A DNA stretch of 64,000 bases, from the IMG/VR virus record IMGVR_UViG_3300033143_006101, positions 188,877-252,876 of that record; one strand, 5' to 3'. Positions within the stretch are counted from its first letter, which is position 1, and the number at the start of each line of letters is the position of its first letter. A model generated the notes under the pieces. The model saw only the letters and a program-made list of their open reading frames with translations. It made no database searches and was not told where the DNA came from. Made by a program: the position numbers and the translations under genes. This document shows positions 1 through 8,623 of this stretch, piece after piece.

Positions 1-21
1 TGGTCTTATAGACCAGATGAG

Positions 22-981
22 ATGAAAATATTTGAAGAAGCAGTGACTCACGCTAATGCAAATAAAATACCACATTCTTCAAAGGATAAGAAAAAAGTTC
101 ATCTATTACTCATTGATGTACAAAAAGATTTCTGTCACAAAGAAGGAAATTTGTATGTAGGAGGAAGAAGTGGAGAAGGAGCAATCGAAGATAGCCAACG
201 TATAACAGAGTTCATCTATCGAAAAGTTGATAGAATAACAGAAATCACAACAACACTGGATACTCACTTTGCATTCCAAATTTTCTTCCCATGGTTTTGG
301 TTGGACATTAATGATCGATACCTAGAAGCTCATTCTGTTATAGACACAGACATGATCAAGACCAGAAAAGTTAGACCTAATCCTGCTATAAGCTGGTGGT
401 TAGCTAATAATAATTACATGTGGCTAGAGCAGTATGTTGCTCATTATACCACGGAGCTTGAAAAAGCTGGCAAATATCAATTGTATATTTGGCCACCACA
501 CTGCATTATCGGTAGCGAGGGGCATAACGTAGTAGGGATCATACACGAAGCCAGGATGTTTCATTGTTTTGCTCGAGGGTCCCAATCCTTAGCTGAGATT
601 AAAGGAGGGCATCCATTAACAGAGAATTATTCTGTGCTTTCTCCAGAAGTAAGAACGAGACAAGACGGGCAAGTGCTTACACAAAAGAATGTTAGATTCA
701 TTAAAACACTTTTAGATTCTGACATTGTAATTATAGCAGGACAAGCAGCAAGTCACTGTGTAAAAAGTACAATTGATGATCTACTTGGAGAAATTAAAGC
801 ACAAGATCCGAGTCTTGCTAAGAAAATCTACATCATGAAAGATTGTATGAGTTCAGTAGTAGTTCCGAGTGGTCCGGATTTCACAGATGATGCTAATAAC
901 GCCCTAGATCAATTTGCATCTGAAGGTATGCACGTTGTAGAATCTACAGATGATAAATGGTTGGATGAGGCTTTATCATGA
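22..981 (+). CDS. Isochorismatase/nicotinamidase-like cysteine hydrolase
   Basis: LLIDVQKDFC, TLDTH, WPPHC and AGQAASHCV motifs of the isochorismatase/PncA fold. Confidence 0.8.
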   Translation: MKIFEEAVTHANANKIPHSSKDKKKVHLLLIDVQKDFCHKEGNLYVGGRSGEGAIEDSQRITEFIYRKVDRITEITTTLDTHFAFQIFFPWFWLDINDRYLEAHSVIDTDMIKTRKVRPNPAISWWLANNNYMWLEQYVAHYTTELEKAGKYQLYIWPPHCIIGSEGHNVVGIIHEARMFHCFARGSQSLAEIKGGHPLTENYSVLSPEVRTRQDGQVLTQKNVRFIKTLLDSDIVIIAGQAASHCVKSTIDDLLGEIKAQDPSLAKKIYIMKDCMSSVVVPSGPDFTDDANNALDQFASEGMHVVESTDDKWLDEALS

Positions 982-1167
982 GTTGTATAGTGTGTGGTGA
1001 AGAACATGTAATAGTGTATATGGGATTATCAGGAGCACCTAGTTTCTGTGAAAAACACGATACTTTAAAAAAAGCAGAGGAATACAGTATTGATTATGAA
1101 CGACAACTAGAGGCCACAGGAAGAATCGAAAACAATAAAAAATTACAAACAGCATGAGGAAAAACAA

Positions 1168-2424
1168 ATGACACAGGAAGAGGCAATTAACTCCATTTTT
1201 GGTGGAGATGACGTTTTTTTAACGGGAGGCCCGGGAACAGGCAAAACCCATGTAATTAATACGATTAAATCTATGATACGAAATAGAAATGTGGCCTGTA
1301 CTGCCACAACAGGTATAGCTGCCACTCATATAGATGGTAAAACTATACATTCATGGGCAGGGATAGGTATAAAAGGAGAGGCCGAACTTAATAACCTATC
1401 AGTTTTAGAAGATATTGCACATAAGAAGTGGACAAGAGAACGAGTTAGACAAACAGATATTCTTATCATAGATGAGATCTCCATGCTTCATCCATATCAA
1501 TTACAAGCCGTTAATTTAATATGTCAATACGCAAGAAACACATCAGCTTTATTTGGTGGAATCCAAACTGTCCTATGTGGAGATTTTTTTCAATTGCCCC
1601 CTGTATTAGATAACTATCATGCTAATGATAAAACATATGTCTTTGAAGCTGAAATTTGGGAGCACCTGGATCCAAAGATATGTTACTTATATCAAACATA
1701 TAGACATGATGATACGGTATTTATTTCAATACTGAATGAGATAAGAAGAAATAGTATATCAGATAGCAATAAAACAATGTTATACAATAAAATCAATCAA
1801 CCAATTGATAATAAGTATAACCCAACAAAGCTATTTGCTACTAATGCTGACGTTGATGCAATTAACAATTTGGAATTAGCTAAAATCCAAGAACAACCTC
1901 ATTTTTTTACAATGGATAAATGGGCTATAAACGATTTTGCTCTAAAAAGTCTTTTGAAGGCTTGTTTAGCACCTGAAATACTACAATTAAAAGTTGGTGC
2001 GATAGTAATGTTTTTAAAGAATCATGGTAGCTCGTATGCTAATGGTACAATTGGAAAAGTAATAAGATTTGATGAAGATGGAGACCCTGTAGTAGAAACA
2101 ACTAATGGCACTATTGTCCATGTACAACCAGACGCATGGGAAAGACAAGAATATAATAAAAGTTCAGGACTTAGCGAAACAATTGCTAGTGTAACTCAAT
2201 TGCCTATACGTTTAGCCTGGGCGATTACTATTCATAAATCTCAAGGTATGTCACTGGATTGTGCTGCAATGGATTTATCGAAATCTTTTGAAGATGGTAT
2301 GGGGTATGTTGGGCTCTCGAGAGTACGATCATTATCCGGAATTAAATTATTAGGATTGAATGATCAAGCTCTGAGAGTAGATGATAAAGTAATAGCATTT
2401 GACGAAGGAATTAAGGATATGTAA
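1168..2424 (+). CDS. PIF1-family SF1B DNA helicase
   Basis: Walker A GGPGTGKT, IIDEISM, GDFFQLPPV, QLPIRLAWAITIHKSQGMSLD, YVGLSRV. Confidence 0.92.
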   Translation: MTQEEAINSIFGGDDVFLTGGPGTGKTHVINTIKSMIRNRNVACTATTGIAATHIDGKTIHSWAGIGIKGEAELNNLSVLEDIAHKKWTRERVRQTDILIIDEISMLHPYQLQAVNLICQYARNTSALFGGIQTVLCGDFFQLPPVLDNYHANDKTYVFEAEIWEHLDPKICYLYQTYRHDDTVFISILNEIRRNSISDSNKTMLYNKINQPIDNKYNPTKLFATNADVDAINNLELAKIQEQPHFFTMDKWAINDFALKSLLKACLAPEILQLKVGAIVMFLKNHGSSYANGTIGKVIRFDEDGDPVVETTNGTIVHVQPDAWERQEYNKSSGLSETIASVTQLPIRLAWAITIHKSQGMSLDCAAMDLSKSFEDGMGYVGLSRVRSLSGIKLLGLNDQALRVDDKVIAFDEGIKDM

Positions 2425-2426
2425 CT

Positions 2427-3041
2427 ATGAAATGGTATGTAGCAAGAACTAAGCATGGGGAAACTATATGTGAGCATACTACTTGGGACCAATTTAAATC
2501 TAAAGTAGACGGTGTGAAAGGTATGACCTTTAAAAGTTTTGAGAGCAAAACAGCCGCTGAACAATGGATCCAACAACCACCAGTTCCTTATAGAACTGCA
2601 GACACCCCACACGAAAAGGATGTAATTTATCTTTATGTGGACGGATCCTTCTCTTCAAAAAGAAACATCTCCGGATGGGGTTGGGTTGCTGTTAAAAATG
2701 ATAAAAGAATAAGTGAAAATTATGGCTATCTAGATAATCTTTATGGCAGTAGAAATATTGTAGGAGAATTAACTGCCACACAGCAAGGAGTAGCAAGCAT
2801 GACACCTATAAGAAATGGGCTTCCAATAGTTGTTGTACATGACTATATTGGTATAGCTAATTGGGCTTTAGGATATTGGGCAGCACGTAAAGAAGTAGCT
2901 ATAGAATATAAACATTTCATGAGGCAATTCACTCATCTGATAGAGTCTAATCAATTGAGATTCGAAAAAGTAAGTGGACATAAAGATATTAAATGGAATG
3001 ATTATGCAGACGAACTAACAAGAAAAGGATACCCTGATTAA
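2427..3041 (+). CDS. rnhA: Ribonuclease HI with N-terminal hybrid-binding (viroplasmin-like) domain
   Basis: N-terminal KWYVAR...TWDQFK..V.G.KG..FKSF; catalytic YVDGSF, RNIVGEL, HDYIGI, KVSGH, NDYADEL. Confidence 0.88.
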   Translation: MKWYVARTKHGETICEHTTWDQFKSKVDGVKGMTFKSFESKTAAEQWIQQPPVPYRTADTPHEKDVIYLYVDGSFSSKRNISGWGWVAVKNDKRISENYGYLDNLYGSRNIVGELTATQQGVASMTPIRNGLPIVVVHDYIGIANWALGYWAARKEVAIEYKHFMRQFTHLIESNQLRFEKVSGHKDIKWNDYADELTRKGYPD

Positions 3042-3797
3042 ATGAATGATACCTACACAGTACTAATAGAAAGATCATATTGGATAAGATTTATAACTTT
3101 CTTCCTTATCTCCAAATACAGAAAACTAAAACACCATGAATGGTTTATAAATATAAAAGGTAATATTGCTTTAAAGAAAGCAGTAAAGCGTTATAGAAAA
3201 ATTTATGTGGAGTATATTTTATATGAAGATAATAAGAAAACGACTAAAAACTTATAGAACCTATATGGAATGCCCAGAATGTAAACAAGGGTTTATGATG
3301 TATAATATGACTGCAGTAAGTGGTGGAAAAGTTATCTTATATCGACATATTTGCAACAAATGTGGGATCGAGAAAGCATACGAAAAAACATATCCTTATG
3401 ATACACAAGTAGAAGGAATAGCAAGAGTAGAAGATGAATAAAATGAATTTAAAAAATAAAATACGAGTTGATATTGTTAGACATTTTATGTATTGGATTA
3501 CTAGTATATTATGTATTATAGATGGCATTATTATAACTATTACTTTTGGATTTATAGATCCAGAATGGAGCTTAAATTATGGAAAAAGAACAATACATTA
3601 CCAAGCAAAGTGGAGCGAACGATGGAAAAAGTAATACATTTCTTTAAATGGATAAAAAGTTTTGGTCTTATCATAGATGGAATTTGTGGGCTTCTTACTT
3701 TAGGAATGTATCGTAGTCGTTGGAACCATAAAGCTTTGAAAAAAATAATTGTAATTCAATGTAATCAACGAATAAAATTAAAACAGGAGGCAAGCAA

Positions 3798-4583
3798 ATG
3801 AGTACAGATGCAAATGATTTAATTCAAAGTGCCCAAGACGAAGGTCTAATCTCTCCAGAAAGTGGGAAAATATTAAACATACCGGATCTTGGAGCACAGA
3901 TTCAAGACGCGTTAGGCGTAGAAGTGGACGATGTCCAAGCAAGTGAAGTTATCTTAGTTACTGTTATGCCAGATGATTCGGGATCTATTGCTATGGCCGA
4001 TAATGAAGAGGCTATTCAAGAAGGTCATAATCTTGTACTAGATGCCTTGTTAGAATCAAAACAAACAGACGAGATTTTATTTCATACCAGATATTTAAAT
4101 GGATATGTACTAAATCCATTCTGTTTTCTTAATACTGCTAATAAACTAACAGGCCAAAATTATCAAGCGGATAAAGGAACCCCGTTATATGATAATACAA
4201 TTTTCCTATTAGCATCCATTCTAACAAAAACCCAGGATTTTATGGACAATAATAGTGTACCCACACGTACAATTACATTAATTGTAACAGATGGAGAAGA
4301 TATGCATTCAGTAAATCATACTGCAGACAATGTAAAAACAGTTATAACAGATATGCTAAAACAAGAGAATCATATCATAGCAGGTATGGGAGTAGATAAT
4401 GGAGCTACTGATTTCAAAGAAGTATTCAAAGAAATGGGTATACAGGATAGATGGATCCTTACACCCAAAAATAATGCGAGTGATATTCATAAGTGTTTTC
4501 AAGTATTTTCTCAATCTGCTATAAGAGCCAGCCAGGGTGCAGCAAACTTTTCCAAAACAAATTTAGGAGGTTTCGGAAACTAA
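3798..4583 (+). CDS. von Willebrand factor type A domain protein
   Basis: MIDAS-like DDSGSI, GTPLYD, IVTDGED. Confidence 0.75.
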   Translation: MSTDANDLIQSAQDEGLISPESGKILNIPDLGAQIQDALGVEVDDVQASEVILVTVMPDDSGSIAMADNEEAIQEGHNLVLDALLESKQTDEILFHTRYLNGYVLNPFCFLNTANKLTGQNYQADKGTPLYDNTIFLLASILTKTQDFMDNNSVPTRTITLIVTDGEDMHSVNHTADNVKTVITDMLKQENHIIAGMGVDNGATDFKEVFKEMGIQDRWILTPKNNASDIHKCFQVFSQSAIRASQGAANFSKTNLGGFGN

Positions 4584-4585
4584 AC

Positions 4586-4613
4586 AAAAACCCCGCTACT
4601 CAGCGGGGTTTTT
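4586..4613. terminator. Bidirectional intrinsic terminator between convergent blocks
   Basis: AAAAA-CCCCGCT-actc-AGCGGGG-TTTTT. Confidence 0.85.
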
Positions 4614-4750
4614 AAATAATTCCATTATTTTATCAATTACTTCATCTACCTTGATATCCAGTAACTGTATTGTAGCATTATAGCAATCTAAATTAGTTAA
4701 TGCATCATGATCTGGGAATCGCAGAACTAAATCTTTTGCTAATATTTCTT

Positions 4751-5932
4751 TTAGCTTCTCCCTAACATTAATGTCGTCCATTCATCTGTTTTAAGTAGCC
4801 CATCAAATTCCGGGGCATACACTATTACCTCATTACCAATTTGTTGTAACAATAATCCAATAGTATCCTCATCTACTAATACAAAATCCCCTGGTTCAGC
4901 ATCATTAGTATCAGCAACAGCAACTTCTAATATTTCTACGACATCTATTGGAAGCACTAACTCTCTCTCTAAATCAGGAAGATATACTTTAGTTAATTTA
5001 TTAAAAGTCTCAGATTGTAACCCTATAAAATCACCTAAAACCACTTGTATCAATCCCAATGGCTGTTTAACAAAAATAGTTTGTTTAACACGCACCGGTT
5101 TAACATCAAAACTCCATTCTGGACCGGCAGATTTAACACGATCAAGATTAGCAGAAGCTGTTTCTTCTGGTTCGATCCCCTCATAATAAGGACGCATTTT
5201 TTCTCTCATTTCTTCCGGAATCTCTTCACCCATAGACATCTCTGCAGGTATAGACATTTCCCCAAACATCATCGGAGCCAATGTGTATCTATCTACATTT
5301 ACAGGAGGTAATTGAAGCATCAATTCTGTCTTTTCTTCTATTATTTTATCTTCATCCTCCCACATATGTAACCCGGGAGCATCATTAGGTATCTGATCAA
5401 TATCGCTAGGAGGATAAACATGAAGATATCCTTTACACCCAGGATGTGTCATCCAAAAAATTGGGGCTACGGGGTAACCTTGATTAGCCGCATCATCTTT
5501 AGCTGCCGCAAGTACCCCAATTAAATCCCATGGATTCTTATCCGCTACCCTATCACAAACATCTTCTTTATGTGAAGGATCGGGATTAATTATGAAATCC
5601 ATTACTACATATCCTAAACTTTGGAGATAACGTAAAACAGCAAAAGAATGATCAACATTAACATCCCCAAGTCTAGCATATAACTCATCAGGGATATTTA
5701 ATTTATATGTATAAACTTTTACCTCTCCGACTTCTAACTGAGGTTCGATTACTGGGAGCTCATCTTCTTGATCTTCTAAAAAATTAGGGGGAACATCTTT
5801 TCCTTGTTCAACATCTTCTACTCTATCTTCTATTTCAGTATCAGCAGAATCTTTATACTCATCCACAGGAGATCCAAAGAATTTTTTAACCTCACTCAAA
5901 ATTGTATCAAAAACACCGGCTTGTTTATCCAT
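4751..5932 (-). CDS. Acidic hypothetical protein, probably virion/late
   Basis: 393-aa ORF downstream of a CCTTAA-class promoter; carries K-x-A motifs like the head proteins. Confidence 0.5.
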   Translation of the reverse strand: MDKQAGVFDTILSEVKKFFGSPVDEYKDSADTEIEDRVEDVEQGKDVPPNFLEDQEDELPVIEPQLEVGEVKVYTYKLNIPDELYARLGDVNVDHSFAVLRYLQSLGYVVMDFIINPDPSHKEDVCDRVADKNPWDLIGVLAAAKDDAANQGYPVAPIFWMTHPGCKGYLHVYPPSDIDQIPNDAPGLHMWEDEDKIIEEKTELMLQLPPVNVDRYTLAPMMFGEMSIPAEMSMGEEIPEEMREKMRPYYEGIEPEETASANLDRVKSAGPEWSFDVKPVRVKQTIFVKQPLGLIQVVLGDFIGLQSETFNKLTKVYLPDLERELVLPIDVVEILEVAVADTNDAEPGDFVLVDEDTIGLLLQQIGNEVIVYAPEFDGLLKTDEWTTLMLGRS

Positions 5933-6362
5933 ATCTATACCACAATTCGTTCGTTTTTATCTTTAATGGCTTGATCAATTACATTAAATACTAATTCTCG
6001 CATATCATCTGGAACTAATCGCATCACATTTGCTGTTACTTCCATAATTTCAACAGGTTGAATACTTCTAGAAGTATACACATTAAATTTACCTTCTTTT
6101 TTTATAATGTGAAACGAAAAATCGCTGTTTTCTATCTGTGGATCCATAGTTAAATTGTTTATTCTGTATTATTTTGTGCCTCAAACAATACTTGAGCTAA
6201 TTCAGTGTAATACCCATGAACTTCACTAACTAATTTATACATTACATTTTCAGGAACCGAACCAGCAAATACTCGAGTAATCATATCCTTGATTGACTTT
6301 TTTGTAGCTTGTTGTACTTCTTCTTCTGTACTAATTTTTCTCTTCATCTTGTCTCCTTAAAG

Positions 6363-6812
6363 TTATTCATCTCTAGTATAAATTTTTCTGTCTTCAAAAG
6401 CTTTATACGTATCGCTTTTGTCAGTATTTACATGACTAATATCTTTAGTACTTTTTATTTCCTTTGATCTTAGTTTAAATACTGATTCTTTACTAAGAAG
6501 TTGACTACCACCAGCATCCCATCTAACCATAATAGTGTCACCATCAGGACGAATACCTGTTACTTCCCCTATTCTAGCTGTGGATCTGGATTTTATAGTA
6601 TCTCCTATTGAGATTTCCTCTTCTTGAATGAACACATCAATCAGATCTTCTCTTCTAGCCATTCTTAATGTTCTTTTAACCATTTGATTAGAATATCTTA
6701 AACCGTTATAAGCCATCCAATCCATAATCTTTTCATTAGGTACATTGGATATAGCCATACGATATAATGGTACAATATATTCGGCATCTGCAGCCCATTT
6801 ACTTCCAGACAT
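6363..6812 (-). CDS. Hypothetical protein (SH3-like C-terminal segment)
   Basis: 149-aa ORF with GAGGA RBS; IGDTIKS...IGEVTGI...VRWD pattern. Confidence 0.45.
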   Translation of the reverse strand: MSGSKWAADAEYIVPLYRMAISNVPNEKIMDWMAYNGLRYSNQMVKRTLRMARREDLIDVFIQEEEISIGDTIKSRSTARIGEVTGIRPDGDTIMVRWDAGGSQLLSKESVFKLRSKEIKSTKDISHVNTDKSDTYKAFEDRKIYTRDE

Positions 6813-6823
6813 AATAATTCCTC

Positions 6824-7162
6824 CTAAACAGGTATAATCTTTGCTTCTACTTTAATCTCATTTTCCTTCATATGTTCTTTATAACCGCCTGTTCTCTCAA
6901 TTACTCTATTACAATACTTACAAAAATGTAACCCATTAGGTAGCAGCTCTACTGGATGCTTATAATTTTGTTGGCATTCTTCACCAGCACAAGCTTTACA
7001 TAAATGCACATCCTTTTGTGAACTAAGCTTGATTCCTTGAATTATTTTTGGGTCTATCGGAGCACTGTGTGGATCTATAATAATAATCCCACAACTTTTG
7101 CAATAGTACTCTTTCAACGCAAATTTACCAGGCTTAATATTAGGTTCTCTTCCTTGTATCAT
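6824..7162 (-). CDS. Small zinc-finger protein
   Basis: Three CxxC pairs. Confidence 0.5.
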   Translation of the reverse strand: MIQGREPNIKPGKFALKEYYCKSCGIIIIDPHSAPIDPKIIQGIKLSSQKDVHLCKACAGEECQQNYKHPVELLPNGLHFCKYCNRVIERTGGYKEHMKENEIKVEAKIIPV

Positions 7163-7169
7163 AACGCTT

Positions 7170-7201
7170 AAATAATAGACAAAGTTTTTCTAAAATTAAG
7201 G
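7170..7201 (-). promoter_or_regulatory. Phage late-type promoter CCTTAA-N17-CTATTATTT
   Basis: Same bipartite motif and exact 17-nt spacing as five copies in the head module. Confidence 0.7.
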
Positions 7202-7202
7202 T

Positions 7203-7886
7203 TTATTGCCAATTTATAATATTAGGTATCCATTGATCCTTATTGATTATTAAGCAACGAAACCTCAAATCTACCTCTGGTTTCCTACCTAAATTATATC
7301 CAGTAAGCACTCCCGGAACTTTTGTATGAATATGACTAAAACAAATCTTAACATGAACCCCGTTCACTAAATAAGGCTTTTGATACCAAGATTCTTCTCT
7401 TTCATTAGGATATTGATAGAATCTACTATCTTTATCATACTCTCCTATTGAATAAAACACCTCTGGGTCCTGGTTCTCTAATGGTTGGGATGGATCCAAA
7501 CCAGCATGCATTATATAATAATCTCCAATTTTTATAACTAAAGGAAGATCATTCATATAATTTATTATTCTTTCATCATCAATATATTTACCTAATTTCT
7601 TACTCAATTCCTCTTTCTTCTCAGGAACTTGTAAGTCATTTAAGAAATTTACTTCATATTCTCCTTTCACCGCATAGGCATTCATAGCATTATGCAAAAA
7701 ACCAATTAAATCAATTATCTTAGGAGCATCTGTATCAAAGAAATCCCCACACAATATTAAAGTATCTGCATAATTATATCGTTGTTGAAAAAGAAGCCGC
7801 ATAAGGGCCTCATGATCCCCATGTATTTCACCTACGATAAAGTAACGCTTTGTATTTAGATCTGTCAGATCTAACAAGTTATCCAT
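7203..7886 (-). CDS. Calcineurin-like metallophosphoesterase (degenerate motifs)
   Basis: VGEIHGD, CGDFFD, KGEYE, MHAGL. Confidence 0.7.
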   Translation of the reverse strand: MDNLLDLTDLNTKRYFIVGEIHGDHEALMRLLFQQRYNYADTLILCGDFFDTDAPKIIDLIGFLHNAMNAYAVKGEYEVNFLNDLQVPEKKEELSKKLGKYIDDERIINYMNDLPLVIKIGDYYIMHAGLDPSQPLENQDPEVFYSIGEYDKDSRFYQYPNEREESWYQKPYLVNGVHVKICFSHIHTKVPGVLTGYNLGRKPEVDLRFRCLIINKDQWIPNIINWQ

Positions 7887-8125
7887 TTGTTCTTACCCCC
7901 TTTCCTTTTATTACTCTAATCAATTCATCTTTTGTTTTTGCTTTTTTTGCTTCAATAGGATTTATTGCAAAAGCCCAATTACATAAAACATTCTCTTCAT
8001 AATCCCTCAAAGTTCTATAAGTCTTTTTTTTGCTATAAAGCTTATTATCACTCACTCCAATCCCCAACATCTAATGATCTACAAATCTTATATAATATCC
8101 ACACCTAAAATTCCTAAATATATCA

Positions 8126-8623
8126 TTATGTATTCTCCAATTTCTTCCTATAAAACCTACATAATTCTGAAGTGATTCTTTTAATAATATACTTTTTTAA
8201 AATTTCACTATAAGTAGTATGAAGAGATTTAGCTACTTTTTTTACTGAAATTCTATCCTCTAACCATTTACATTTACTAGAATAACTCATTACTCCATAC
8301 TTATCATTCAACTCATTAGCAAACTTTATTGTATCTTCAACTAATACCTCCGGCACACAAAAATAAAACCTGTTTGGTTGTTTAACCGGATGAGTAATTG
8401 TTTTTAAATAAGCATGCTTACGTACTTTCTCTTTTGCTTCTCTATATAAATTTGCTTTAGAAATTTTTACTTCTACTTCCACTACCTCTGAATCATTATA
8501 TGCTAAGATATCTGCAATGGATCCATAGGTAACTTCCGTAGCAGGTATATATCTTCTCTTGAATCTAAAATAATGTAAAAGAGCTGCTTTAATATATGCT
8601 GATGTGATTTTATCAGATGTCAC
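8126..8623 (-). CDS. PD-(D/E)XK / MmcB-like nuclease-fold protein
   Basis: TEV...ADILAY...EVEVKISKANL and PNRFYFCVP; start moved to GTG at 8623 to minimise overlap with the RNR gene. Confidence 0.6.
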   Translation of the reverse strand: MTSDKITSAYIKAALLHYFRFKRRYIPATEVTYGSIADILAYNDSEVVEVEVKISKANLYREAKEKVRKHAYLKTITHPVKQPNRFYFCVPEVLVEDTIKFANELNDKYGVMSYSSKCKWLEDRISVKKVAKSLHTTYSEILKKYIIKRITSELCRFYRKKLENT

